64,000 nucleotides of DNA from Azolla caroliniana (lineage: Eukaryota > Plantae > Polypodiophyta): assembly GCA_043228905.1 (NCBI GenBank), contig JBHGNT010000007.1:12462001-12526000 (forward strand). Direction: 5' to 3'. Below, one piece after another: positions 39,022-52,161 of the stretch (the stretch's first letter is position 1; each line of letters starts with the position of its first letter). A model generated the notes under the pieces. That model made no database searches, was not told the origin of the DNA, and saw only the letters and a program-made list of their open reading frames with translations. The position numbers were made by a program, and so were the translations under genes.

Positions 39022-41446
39022 GTCACACTGAATGAGGTAGAGCTTGTGGACCGAAGCGTGCAAAGCATAACCGGGTGATTAGATCCGGTGGATGACAACA
39101 CCATACTCGCGAAAGTGATGTGCGACAACCATGAGGTGTTCGTCGAAGAAAAGAGAAAAAGAATAGAAGATCAAGGCCCCATCAAAAAGACATGAAACAA
39201 GGAACACGAAAAAGAAAGAAGATGCAAAAACGAGTCGACCTTTACAAATGGAGGAAGGAGACGCATCCGAAAAGCGGAGTCGATCAAACGAGTCGAAGAA
39301 ATGGTTCGGCCCGTGAAGATTGGTGTCGAAGACCCCGCTCGAAAGACAAGGACTACTAAGGTCGGACATAGAGCAAACAACAGACCTGAAGAAGATTCTC
39401 GAGGAACGCGTTCTTGATAGCCACATGACTTTGTCCTTGAGGGAACTATTTGGCATTACGAAGAAGGAGTTCCATGACACGATCGTGGACCTTGTAAAAA
39501 GAAAGAGGCAACAATCGGACGAGGAAGAAGAGAAGCCACAAAGAGCAAAAACAAATGCCATAACGATGGCAAGAGACGAAGTCGATGAAGAGATGGTGGA
39601 CAGCCACTATACTCGACCTCATTGGGCATGAGCGACAACAGAGACGCCAGTGAAGATTGGGGAGAAGAAAGAGACCGTGGTAGCCTTGATCAACCATGAC
39701 TCGGAGATCAAACTCATGTCAACCGAGTTCTACAAAAAAGGAAGATGGCCAATCAATACAAACCATGGATGGAAGATTCGGGTGGCAACAAAGTCTATGG
39801 AGGACTTGTACAGAGCTTGTCCCAATGTTAAAGTCATGATCGGGGATGTGGAGATGGATCAACACTTCTTCGTGCAAGAATCAGCATCACATCCTGTCAT
39901 CCTAGGACAACCGTATATCACATCATCCCGGATGGAGACCAAGGTGTTAGATAATGGAGCAGCCTTCGTGCGAATCAAGAGTCTTGACAATCAAAGATCT
40001 GTTCAATTCCTAACGGTGCGAGCTAATCATGAAAGAAATCGAGATAGTCTTGGAGACGAATCCCCGGATTTTTAGAGCGAACTATTGAAGCATGGGGCAC
40101 AAATAGTCCGAGCGATCACAAGTCCCCACAAGGGAGTAGAGCGCGTGGATTGCGAGGAGAAGCAACATGTGTCACACCTAGTGGCGCATGTAAACTAATA
40201 CTACCCGACAAGAAGGACAAGCGTTAGATACAAGACTTCGAGAAGATGCTAAAAGAAGAAAACATAGAAGAAGAGTTTGTGACTCATATTATGCAAGAAG
40301 CCTCATTTAACGAGACCATCGGCGAAATCGAGGACGTCGTGGACTTGAGCTATCTTCATGATCAACACATGATTTCGGTTAACTCCATCAACATGTATGC
40401 TATTATCGATGAATATCATCGAAGCATCTTGATGAAGGAAGCTGACATCAACACAAAATATAAAATGGTGGATAAGAAGATCAAGCCAGTTGCGGTTCCG
40501 TGACCGGAAGATAGCTGGCAAAAGATGAAGGAAGTCGCTAACGATCCAAGCCTAAGAGATCCAAAGGAAATAGGTCATGTCTTCACCGAAGAGACGAAAG
40601 GGAAGCTACGAGTTGGAAGGGAGGATTTCCTCCTTTCTAAAGAGGAGCGAATGTTTCGCGATATGCTTGAGAGACATGGGAAGGTTTTCGCATTTTTCCC
40701 ACAAGAAATCGGATGTGCTAATCCAAGGATGATAGAACCGATGGTGATCTTCACGGTGCCGCATGTGCCTTGGAATTTGAAACCGATACCGGTTCCAAGG
40801 GCACACCTACCGAAGTTGATTGAGTTCTTAAAGGAAAAGGTGGCAATGGGAATTTTGGAACCGTCGAATGCTCCTTATTCTCATAAGTGGTTCACGGTGC
40901 CAAAGAAGAATGGATCATTGCGATTCATCCAAGATCTTCAACCCATCAACAAGGTGACAATTCGGAATGCTGGAATCGGTCCGAGTGTGGATGAATTTGT
41001 CGAAGCGTTTGTGGGCCGGCCCATCTACTCCATTGGTGATCTCTACTCCGGATATGACCAATTCCAGTTGGCGATCGACAGTCATGATATTACAACCATG
41101 AAGACTCCGATCAGGCTCATGTGGATGTGTACCTTACCTCAAGGTGCAACGAACTCGGTGGCTCATATGGTGAATGCCATGAACAAGGTCTTGAAGGATT
41201 GCATCCCGGACATCACAATGCCATTCTTGGATGATATTCCCATAAAAGGATGTTCGGATGAGGAGAAAGATGAATCGAAAGATAAGGAAGGGTGTAGAAA
41301 GTTCATCGTGGATCATATGAAAGATTGCGAGAAGGTGCTTCAACGGCTCGAAGATGCGAATTTGACATTTTCGGGAGAAAAATCCGCATTCGAGCAACCG
41401 GAGATCTTGGTGGTAGGTCACTTGTGTGGAGCATACGGCCGGAAGC

Positions 41447-43196
41447 CTTCTCCATCCAAGGTGAATGTGATCCGGAACATGAAAGAAGAATGCGCAAACC
41501 AAACGGAGGTTCGAAGGTTCCTTGGAGCATGCGCGTTTTATCATATCTGGATTCCGCACTACGCTCATGTCGCCGAGCCATTATATGGTCTACTAAAGAA
41601 AAGAATGAAGTTCGAATGGCAAAGCGAGCATACAAACGCGATGCGAAGATTGAAGAAACTACTTCTTGAAGCTCCAGCACTAAGAAAGACCGACTATACC
41701 GAAGGGAAGCCGATTTATGTGACTGTAGATACGAGCCCAACCAGAATCAGGTGGGTCATCAATCAAGAAGGAGAAGATAATGCGTGGTATGCCATCCGAT
41801 TCAGAGCAAAGGTTCTCAGAGAACGACAACGAGGATACGCCCAAGTCAAGCAGGAACTTTGGGGTATTGTGTCAGCAGTGAAGACGGACAAAGACTACCT
41901 GATCGGGTCGGAAGTGATAATTGAGACAGATTGTCTCCCAATCCTCGAGATGATCTCAAGATGTGCGACACCAAATCTAGCTATGCTAAGGTGGATCGCT
42001 TATATTAAATCTTTAAACCCAGAGATCCGCTTCTCCATCCAAGGTGAATGCGATCCAGAACATGAAAGAAGAATGCGCAAACCAAACGGAGGTTCGAAGG
42101 TTCCTTGGAGCATGCGCGTTTTATCATATCTGGATTCCGCACTACGCTCATGTCGCCGAGCCATTATATGGACTACTAAAGAAAAGAATGAAGTTCGAAT
42201 GGCAAAGCGAGCATACAAACGCGATGCGAAGATTGAAGAAACTACTTCTTGAAGCTCCAGCACTAAGAAAGACCGACTATACCGAAGGGAAGCCTATTTA
42301 TGTGACTGTAGATACGAGCCCAACCAGAATCAGGTGGGTCATCAATCAAGAAGGAGAAGATAATGCGTGGTATGCCATCCGATTCAGAGCAAAGGTTCTC
42401 AGAGAACGACAACGAGGATACGCCCAAGTCAAGCAGGAACTTTGGGGTATTGTGTCAGCAGTGAAGACGGACAAAGACTACCTGATCGGGTCGGAAGTGA
42501 TAATTGAGACAGATTGTCTCCCAATCCTCGAGATGATCTCAAGATGTGCGACACCAAATCTAGCTATGCTAAGGTGGATCGCTTATATTAAATCTTTAAA
42601 CCCAGAGATCCGCTTCTCCATCCAAGGTGAATGCGATCCAGAACATGAAAGAAGAATGCGCAAACCAAACGGAGGTTCGAAGGTTCCTTGGAGCATGCGC
42701 ATTTTATCATATCTGGATTCCGCACTACGCTCATGTCGCCGAGCCATTATATGGTCTACTAAAGAAAAGAATGAAGTTCGAATGGCAAAGCGAGCATACA
42801 AACGCGATGCGAAGATTGAAGAAACTACTTCTTGAAGCTCCAGCACTAAGAAAGACCGACTATACCGAAGGGAAGCCGATTTATGTGACTGTAGATACGA
42901 GCCCAACCGGAATCAGGTGGGTCATCAATCAAGAAGGAGAAGATAATGCGTGTAATGCCATCCGATTCAGAGCAAAGGTTCTCAGAGAACGACAACGAGG
43001 ATACGCCCAAGTCAAGTAGGAACTTTGGGGTATTGTGTCAGCAGTGAAGACGGACAAAGACTACCTGATCGGGTCGGAAGTGATAATTGAGACAGATTGT
43101 CTCCCAATCCTCGAGATGATCTCAAGATGTGCGACACCAAATCTAGCTATGCTAAGGTGGATCGCTTATATTAAATCTTTAAACCCAGAGATCCGC
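41447..43196 (+). repeat. 583-bp tandem triplication of the RT-connection/RNase H region of C
   Basis: Near-identical blocks start at ~41447, ~42030 and ~42613; ORF starts 42044 and 42627 differ by 583. Confidence 0.95.
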
Positions 43197-44780
43197 CACA
43201 TTGCAAGAAAGAAGAACACCATGGCTGACATGTTGTCGAGGGCAAGATTTGAGAATGAAGGTGACATGGTTTCAGAAGATGAAGACGTCACCCTCGACTT
43301 CTTCAAGATGGCTCGACTATCGACGAAAGACAAGGGCACACTAACCCTCCGCGCCTTCAATGAGGACGAGTATGAAGGGGAGTGGTTACTAATCGTCAGA
43401 TTCCTAAGAACAATGACGACGAATGCTTCGTTGACGAAGGAGGAGACCCTACGAATCCGGAAGAAATCTTACCAATACTTCTTGAAGGGAGGATTCCTTT
43501 GGCGACACCCAAAAAGAAGGACAGGAATACCACGTCGAGTGGTGATGAAGAAAGAAGAGCAAGTGACGCTAATGACTGAATTCCACGAGAGTGCCTAGGT
43601 AGGTCATAGAGGAACATGGGCGACGTTCGAGAAGTTGAAGGAGAAGTACTGGTGGTCAAGCATGTACAAAGATGTACTCCATTTCGTGTCCACATGCAAA
43701 GCATGCCAAGTACATTCAAATATACGTCATCGTGATGAGCTAAGACCGACATACCCGCTCACCATACACTTCAAATGGATGGTGGATCTGGTTTCAATGC
43801 CAATGGGAGTGGGACAAATGAAGTACTTAGCTCTAGCAAGAGAAGACTTGACAAATCAAGTGGAAGGACGGGCCTTAACAAATAAGACGACGTCGGCTGT
43901 TTGCAAATTTCTACTCGAAGAGGTTGTCTGCCGATACGGATGTGTGGGACAGATAGTCGCCAACCGAGGGGAGTTGGATGCACATGAAGCAACGGAGCTC
44001 TTCGAACGACTAGGCGTGAAGCTCTCCCTCACGACTACCTACAATCCAGAAGCGAATGGGAAGATCGAGTGAGGGCATGGACCTATCGCCAAAGCCATCA
44101 TACGGGCATGCATCGGTCGAGTAGGGAATTGGCCACGACTATTGTCCTATGCCTTGTGGGCTGATAGAACGACACACATCTCGGTGACAAGGTATATGCC
44201 AACGGAGCTTATGTATGAACAAAAGCCGGTAATGCCCATCGAAAGGACGATCACCTCATGGGTAGCGATACCATGGGAGAACGAGATGAGCCGAGAAGAG
44301 TTATTAGTGGCACGGATAAGGTAACTTGAAAGAAGAACTGAAGATCTAGGAAAAGCGCGAAAGATGATGGAGGCAGCCCGAGTGAAGAACAAAATTTGGT
44401 TCGATAAGACGCATCGACTGCATCCCAAGAAGATCGAAGAAGGAGATTGGGTATTGGTTTATGACAACAGCCTTGACAATCAACACAGTACAACAAGAAA
44501 GTTCGCAAGAAGATGGTTCGGACCGTATGTGTTAACAAGTGCCAACGACAATGCCACATACCACCTTGCAGAGCTAGAGGGATCAAGGTTGGCCATACTC
44601 ATTGCGGGAAAAAGAGTAAAGATTTTCAAGAAAAGACAAGACGAGAATCCTGACCTCGATCACCTTGACAATGAAGATAGTAGGATGGATGTGAAAGAAT
44701 CTTATTGATCACCGTAGCCGAAATCTCGCATTCTCTCTTCTTGGCACGTACCGAAGGACATGAAGTTTGGTGGGGGTGGA

Positions 44781-45913
44781 TGTCGTGAAGATTTTCGGCG
44801 ATAGTGTGAAACTTGTGAGGAACATACAAAATTGAGTGTGGCTCTTCTCACGAAATAATAGTGAAGATACTATTTTAAATAAGTTTAATATCTTGGTACA
44901 AAAAGATGGAGGTCTTGAAGAGCTTTTAAATGCACTTTGCTACATAACAAACGGACATCTAAGTGTCAAGTTATGTGGGTATGAAGTTTGCAAAGAAAAA
45001 AATAAAAATAAAAATTTGTGAGATGTCCCACATAGACAAGACAAATAAGGATCTCACCATATATAAGGCAGAGCAAAAGCTATTATCTTTGTCTATGTGT
45101 ACAGAATAGAAAGGATGAGTTGAATGACTTAACGAATGGATGTAGCTAAGTTCATTGGTTTTGGACGGTGATTGAACCGGAACCAGACGGACGGACGGCG
45201 ACGGAACCGGCAAACCCGGTTACTAGCATCCGGTGACCTCAGGATGCCGACCGAACCGGGCTAGACCGAACGGATGCAAATCAGATGGATCGGTCAGGTC
45301 GGTTGATCGTTGTGCATGGTGTTTTAAAGATATTTGGTCCAAAAGCCTAATAGTATTTTGTGCTTTAAAAGGGATGTAAGCAAAACTTGAACCTTGCATC
45401 TCCAAGATAGAAAGCAATATACTTACCACTAAGCCAAGTCATTTCCTTAAAGGTATATTTTTATCATTATAGTTTTATTTGAAAATTCTCATATGAGAGC
45501 TTAAATGAGTGACATGGTTATCATGCATCACATGTAACGCATGAGCGCCAAATGGCATACATGCATCATGCATTTTATGTATGTCTTGTACCCCAGATGC
45601 ATCATATGCATGGGGGCATCTATAAAAGAGTGGATGAAAAAGAGAAAAAGAGAAAGAGAGGATGGATGATTCAAGAATTTAAGAAGAAGAAAATTCGTAA
45701 TCCAATTGATGGTGTATCTTGTTTGTTAAGTCTAAAGTCAAGGATTCAATCTAAATCTCTCCCTCTATCTCTCTCTTGCCATATCAATCTCTCTCTTTCA
45801 ATCTATCTTAATTCCTTTCTTGCTAAAAGCTAGTGCAAACTTCGAGTCCTTCCGGTCCAGAACCCTGGCAGTTCCACCTCACGATCCGCACATAGTGGCG
45901 GATCTTCACGACA
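44781..45913 (+). repeat. 3' LTR of element C
   Basis: Matches 7322-7741 plus 36727-37515. Confidence 0.95.
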
Positions 45914-46500
45914 CCGTGGCTTGAATAAGGTCACCATCCGGAATAGGCATACACTTCCCCTTATGTCAAGTCTTTTAGAACGGATCAATGGTGCAAGGTT
46001 CTTTATAAAGATCGACTTACAAGGAGCATATAACCTCGTACGGATCCGACCAGGAGATGAATGGAAGACCGCGTTTCGCACCAGATATGGGCACTTCGAG
46101 TATACAGTCATGTCATTCGGCCTCACTAATGCGCCAACAGTCTTCCAGCACATGGCAAATGATATATTCCGAGATCTCTTGGATGTTTTTTTTATCATCT
46201 ATTTGGATGATCTATTGGTTTATTCGAAGACCCAAGAAGAGCATGATTCTCATGTACTGTTAGTACTAAAACGACTTCGAGAACATGGTCTTTATGCAAA
46301 GCTGGAAAAATGTAGTTTCGAGTGCAACCAAGTAGAATTTTTGGGCTATGTCATTTCCTCGAAAGGCATCTCCATGGATCCAACTAAGGTCAAAACGGTG
46401 GTAGAGTGGCAAACTCCGCGTTCATTGGGAGATGTGCAATTCTTTTGAGGCTTTTCCAATTTCTACCACAAGTTTATACAGGATTACTCAAAGCTTGTTC
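45914..46500 (+). pseudogene. Element D reverse transcriptase core
   Basis: Motifs KIDLQGAYNLVRI, KTAFRTRYG, FGLTNAP and IYLDDLLVYS. Confidence 0.92.
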
Positions 46501-47068
46501 TGTCGATAACCGCTACGTCGAGTGGTTGGCCTGCCATGTGGACACGAAAGCACGAGTGTGCGATTCCGCGTCGGGGCCATCTGTGTATCATGGGTAAGGG
46601 TAAGGCATGGTATCGAGGTCCTGGTCTTCAGGTAAAGCCGGAAAAGGGTTAGGGCAAGGTTGGGGGAGCTCTGGAGGGCTTGGCGGCGAGATCGGTGCGG
46701 AATCAACTCGCGACTGGGTATCGAGTGGCGAGGATTGTAACCGGTGAGCCTCCTATAGTTCCTGGAAAGATTGGTCAGTGACCGCCGAGTCAGAAGTTCC
46801 TTCGACTGGCTCAAGGCGTCGGGCAAGTGGCCGAGACCGCGTGATGCGATTGGGTGTCGTAATGGCGGCTGAGGTTTGCCTCCTACGTAGTTCGTTGTGA
46901 CCTTACAATTGTAACTGGGCGTGCCAAATTGTGTTAACCATTTCTGGGGGGGAAACACCTTCGATGAGCCCACAGGCTATCGGTATCAAGGGGTCGTGTT
47001 ACGTGGAGGCCTCTTCTACACCGAGAAGACGTTATGGGAACGAGGAGCGTACATGTGCTACAACCCGT

Positions 47069-50000
47069 TGTCGTAGTGTATTCCACACACTACGTGGAAA
47101 ACCATAAAATAATATATCCGATTTTAGATACATATAAATAAATAAATAATATATCAAAAAAATTTATCACGTGCATAGGGCAGGATTTGAACCATGCACC
47201 TCCACGTAAATAAACCTCAACTTTACCATTATGCTACCTTATCTTTAGTGTTCTACAACTAGATTTAATAACTATAAGTGCTTTATTTGTGCCTACCTTT
47301 ATTAAAAGGTAAATCATGCATTTTTAGAGTGCGTGAATATTTTATAGAAAAACGCAAGCAACTAAAAAGTGACTCATGCACATCTAGCGTGCATGAGCAC
47401 TATATTTAGCAAATAAAAGCAAGGATTAGAAAAGCATCACATGCACATTTAGTGTGCATGAACATATTAGAAAAAGCATGTAGCTATGCTTAGTCTCTCC
47501 CATCACTATATAAGGATGGGGAGCACATTGTAGTTTTTGTTGATTATTTTTCTATAATGATCAATCAATCTAAAATATTCGTGGGATTCACGAATTTGCT
47601 AAAATAATTCTCTCTTACTACCTAAATATTGACTAAATATACTAAACTCGTGGGATTCACGAGATTCTTATCTTATAACTCTTTATACCTATTCTTTACT
47701 AGCCTTATTTGAATTTTTCTTTCTCCTAGTCCAAAACCTCGGCGGTTCCCACCCGACTCACGCAAACGATCCGGAGCCGAAAGGCACGACACAGTTGGTG
47801 AACCCAACGTGAAGGCGGGTGGCAAGGAGATGGAGATTCAACAAGAGGCGATGAACATGATGATGATGATGGTTGAGCGGATGCAACAAGAACAACGCGC
47901 GATGATGGAGATGAAGGCGGCAGTAGAGCGGCTTGTGCGACGAAATGGGGAATTCAACGGAAATGATGTGTCACGCTATCTACGTGACTACAAAGGGGAG
48001 ATGATGCGATGTGGGATACCGGAAGGATTGCAAGTGATATCCTTCAGTTGGGTAGCCACGGATGAGCTACAAGAGAGAATCCACAAGATACGGCAACAAA
48101 ACTCGACATGGGGGTCCTTCGAAGAAGCTTTACGAGAGGCATATGATTACAAGAGATCGAAGGGAAAAGATCGGCGAGAATTCGACGAATGGGTGGCATC
48201 GGAGAAGACCCACCGAAGTGCAACACAAGCATTCCTAGAGTTCGAGCATCGTTTTGCTCGACTCTCGGAGCGGGAACAACGATTGGTGGGAGAGGATAAA
48301 GTCCTAATGTTCGTAAAATCGATCAATCGAAAAGAAAGGATGGACATCGGGATCGAACTCGAAGACGATGAAGGTACGAATGGTCTTACCGAAGATTGGG
48401 CCGAAGTCCAAAGGGTATGCCGGAGACATGATGAGAGGAAGATGAGAATCTTGTCAACGACATGGCCAATAAAGGATGGTCGATTGAAGACAAACGATGG
48501 AGCCGATATGAAGGCTGAAATACAACATGATGGTGCGACGGAAGAGGGTGTAAAACAAGCTACCCTCTTGTCTTGCGAAAGAACAACGACGAAGGATAAG
48601 GCCGATAACCCAAGTGTAGAAGAAGATTTCAGAATACAAGTGTCCGAAACATCGGGTGAAAAAGGGGTAAGCATAATTGATGCAGTGAAAGAGAGCAAAG
48701 AGGACTTGATTGAGGAGGTCACCACGAAAGATGACATCGAATCGAAGGTGGCTATGGACGAATCAACGACGGATGGCCATATCGAGACTTCCCCACCACT
48801 GATTCCAGAGACTCCGGCGGTTGCGTTCGAAAGGCAACGTGAGACCGAAGAGACGGAAGGTGGTGGAGAGAAAACAAAGGTCGAAGCCGATTCATACGAC
48901 GGAGAGATAGCCGAGAAGGAGGCTATGGTTGAAATGACAGAGGATGATAATACCGAGGATTCCTACCCACTAATTCTAGAGACTTCGGCGGTTGTGTCCG
49001 AGAACCAACGTGAGACCGGAGAGACGGGAGGTGGCGGCAAGAAAGGTAAAGTCGGAAGCCGGTTCGGATGGAAGGTGATCCGGACGGGATTCCGACCCGA
49101 AAGAAAGCCGAACCGGGCGAATGAGGATTCGACCGAAAGTCGACCCGAAAGAAAGCTGAACCGGGCGAATGAGGATTCGGCCGAAAGACGACCCGAAAGA
49201 AAGCCGATCCGAAAAGGGGTCGACTCGGTCAAAACCGATCGACCGAGTCGGACTTGGTCGAACGCGAATATGGATGGAAGCCGACCTAGCCGAAAGCCGA
49301 TCGGACGAGACCGATCCGGAAAGAAGCTAATCCGACTCAACCGGAGGTTGGACCGGTCAAGGCTGGTGAAAACGAGGAAAAGAAAGCCAACCGAAACTGA
49401 AACCGATAGATCGAAACCGGGCCGGAAGGAGACCGACTCAATCAAAACCGAACAACCGATTCCGATTCGGCCGAATACGAATCCAATCGGAAGCCGATCA
49501 AACCGAAAGTTGATCGGACGAGAGCGATCCGGAAAAAAGTCAAGGTTGATGAAGACAAGAAAGAGGCCAGTAAAAGACACTACCACGAATGACAAGGGCC
49601 AAGAATATGACAAGAGAGAACAAAGAATATGGTGGATCGGATGGCGACAATGGTTCGGGTGGAAAGAATGGGTCTACTCAAAATGGAGAGACAAAGTTAA
49701 CATAGCGGGACAAACGGAGGATGAAGGGGAGACAACGAGCATCGAGAACTTCGGCACATACCGGAGGATGTGCGGGTTCGGAGGGGGCGAGTGTCGTAAT
49801 GTATTCCACACACTACGTGAAAAACCATAAAATAATATATCCGATTTTAGATACATATAAATAAATAAATAATATATCAAAAGAATTTATCACGTGCATA
49901 GGGCAGGATTTGAACCATGCACCTCCACGTAAATAAACCTCAACTTTACCATTATGCTACCTTATCTTTAGTGTTCTACAAATAGATTTAATAACTATAA

Positions 50001-50514
50001 GTGCTTTATTTGCGCCTACCTTTATTAAAAGGTAAATCATGCATTTTTAGAGTGCGTGAATATTTTATAGAAAAACGCAAGCAACTAAAAAGTGACTCAT
50101 GCACATCTAGCGTGCATGAGCACTATATTTAGCAAATAAAAGCAAGGATTAGAAAAGCATCACATGCACATTTAGTGTGCATGAACATATTAGAAAAAGC
50201 ATGTAGCTATGCTTAGTCTCTCCCATCACTATATAAGGATGGGGAGCACATTGTAGTTTTTGTTGATTACTTTTCTATAATGATCAATCAATCTAAAATA
50301 TTCGTGGGATTCACGAATTTGCTAAAATAATTCTCTCTTACTACCTAAATATTGACTAAATATACTAAACTCGTGGGATTCACGAGATTCTTATCTTATA
50401 ACTCTTTATACCTATTCTTTACTAGCCTTATTTGAATTTTTCTTTCTCCTAGTCCAAAACCTCGGCGGTTCCCACCCGACTCACGCAAACGATCCGGAGC
50501 CGAAAGGCACGACA
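47069..50514 (+). mobile_element. Non-autonomous gag-only LTR element F (3.4 kb)
   Basis: 723-bp LTRs at 47069-47791 and 49792-50514 (~6 mismatches), Trp PBS, PPT GGAGGGGGCGAG, TSD CCGT. The empty site is visible at ~51670. Confidence 0.95.
47809..49830 (+). CDS. gag: Gag-like protein with acidic middle and Arg/Lys-rich tail (673 aa)
   Basis: The uninterrupted ORF spans the whole internal region. Its N-terminus aligns by eye with C gag (FNGNDVSRYLRDY vs FDGRNITKFLDAY). Confidence 0.8.
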   Translation: MKAGGKEMEIQQEAMNMMMMMVERMQQEQRAMMEMKAAVERLVRRNGEFNGNDVSRYLRDYKGEMMRCGIPEGLQVISFSWVATDELQERIHKIRQQNSTWGSFEEALREAYDYKRSKGKDRREFDEWVASEKTHRSATQAFLEFEHRFARLSEREQRLVGEDKVLMFVKSINRKERMDIGIELEDDEGTNGLTEDWAEVQRVCRRHDERKMRILSTTWPIKDGRLKTNDGADMKAEIQHDGATEEGVKQATLLSCERTTTKDKADNPSVEEDFRIQVSETSGEKGVSIIDAVKESKEDLIEEVTTKDDIESKVAMDESTTDGHIETSPPLIPETPAVAFERQRETEETEGGGEKTKVEADSYDGEIAEKEAMVEMTEDDNTEDSYPLILETSAVVSENQRETGETGGGGKKGKVGSRFGWKVIRTGFRPERKPNRANEDSTESRPERKLNRANEDSAERRPERKPIRKGVDSVKTDRPSRTWSNANMDGSRPSRKPIGRDRSGKKLIRLNRRLDRSRLVKTRKRKPTETETDRSKPGRKETDSIKTEQPIPIRPNTNPIGSRSNRKLIGRERSGKKSRLMKTRKRPVKDTTTNDKGQEYDKREQRIWWIGWRQWFGWKEWVYSKWRDKVNIAGQTEDEGETTSIENFGTYRRMCGFGGGECRNVFHTLREKP

Positions 50515-52161
50515 CCGTTAGACGTGTTCAGAAATCGTTGCAGAATATAAATCACAATAGACAGACAACGCTGAAATATGAATCACACTCCGAATAATAG
50601 AATAGACAAGATAGACAATGGTGCACAGAGATTTACGTGGAAACCCTAAAACGGGGAAAACCACGAGAATAGATTCTTCACTATACAAAGTGGATATACA
50701 ACACGGAGATGATTACAACACTCTGTCGAGTGTATCAGCCACACAAGGCTCTTTGCGTCTACTATTACGCACACAACTATGGCGCAATGTCGTGAAGATT
50801 CGTTAGTAGGCACGGATCGCGAGGCGGAACCGCCGGGGTTTTGGACCGGAAGGACTCGAAGTTTGCACAAGCTTTAGCAGGAAAGGAATTAAGATAGATT
50901 GAAAGAGAGAGAGATTGAGATAAGATAGAACGCTTGATTTTAGATTGAGAGAGAGATTAAGAACTCTTGACTTTAGATTTCAAGAACAAGGTATATCATC
51001 AAAAGGATAACGAATTTTCTTCTTAATATTAATTTTGATTTAAAGTACAAAGCTTTCTTTTATCCCCAGAAAATCCCCCCATTGATCTTTTTCATTCCCT
51101 CTTTTATAGATGCCCTCATGCATTTGAGGGTTCAAGTCATGCTTAAAATGCATGTTTGCCATTTGGCGCTCATGTATTACATGTGGTGCATGATAACCAT
51201 GTCACTCATTTTAGCTCTCATGTATGAGAATTTATAACTAAAAGTACAATGATAGAAATATAATTTCAATTAAATATCTTGGCTTAGTGGTAAGCCAATT
51301 GACTCCTAACTTGGAGGTGCAAGGTTCAAATCCTTACTTGCCCTCCTTGTATATGTATATTTATTTATCTAGTCACCGAACGCCGGTTCGCCGGATGCCG
51401 CCGATTGCCGTCGGTCCTCGTTAGTCATTGGATGCAGTCGAATCATCCTCCCGTTGGGTGTCGTAATGGTGGCTGAGGTTTACCTCCTACGTAGTTCGTT
51501 GTGACCTTACAGTTGTAACTAGGCGTACCAAATTGTGTTAACTGTTTCTGGGGGGGAAACACCTTCAATGAGCCCACAGGCTATCAGTATCAAGGGGTCG
51601 GTCGTGTTACATGGAGGCCTCTTCTACACCGAGAAGACGTTATGGGAACGAGGAGCGTACACGGGCTACAACCCGTTAGACATAGACGTAGCTCGGTTTA
51701 CGAGTACGGAGAGAATACACAGATGAAGGAATAGTAAGAGCGAGATTTATATTAAATGAGAAAGCTCACAATGATTATAGTACATGGCTCTCGGCCGAAA
51801 ACAATTTTGTGCACAGCTTCGTGCTACGATATTAATCCTGCTAAATAATCTATGTATCTCCCCCTCTCGAGGTATGCAGATCTCGGTTTAAATAGATTTC
51901 TTCTTTAGACAGAGCCGAGCCATCGGTTGATTGTGAGGGCTCAAAACTCGACTATTTTAGTTCTACCTATTTCCTCACCTACTTTTCTACCTACCAACGA
52001 GTTTACATATTTTGTATTTATATTTCTAGCCTATGGACAATAGTGGTGAGAAATTACTGTAGTATTCTTTACACTCTCGTTTAACCCTCACACTTATCCA
52101 TGTGTATAGAATACTACGGTAAATTCTCACCATGGGATATTATATGGTCATGCCCGTAACA

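Larger units (their letters stand above)
37537..44708 (+). pseudogene. gag-pol: Degenerate gag-pol of element C
   Basis: Gag (FDGRNITKFLDAY, CxWCDSMDHMRRDC), PR (ALINHDSEI, VILGQPY), RT (DLYSGYDQ, LPQGATNSV, PFLDD), RH (VTVDTSP), INT (WMVDLV, YNPEANGKIE, WFGPY). Confidence 0.92.
7322..45913 (+). mobile_element. Ty3/Gypsy element C (tRNA-Trp PBS, fungal-like/Phygy-like RT), full length but degenerate
   Basis: 5' LTR 7322-7741 plus 36727-37515 (split by B), 3' LTR 44781-45913 (TGTCGT...ACGACA), PBS at 37524, PPT TGGGGGTGGA, 4-bp TSD CCCT/CCGT. The lineage assignment is inference from the LPQGATNSV and PFLDDIP motifs. Confidence 0.9.
46501..52161. mobile_element. Compound block of LTR fragments replacing the RNase H of D
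   Basis: It begins TGTCGATAAC and ends GTAACA. 46850-47068 is repeated at 51454-51676. It also holds an inverted LTR piece at 50525-50787 and an inverted C-related LTR at 50788-~51420. No TSD; internal boundaries are uncertain. Confidence 0.6.

Noticed and set aside
47175-47245. Functional tRNA genes in LTRs
   Set aside because: A and B boxes and a T-stem are present, but I could not build convincing acceptor or anticodon stems. They are reported as tRNA-like modules only.
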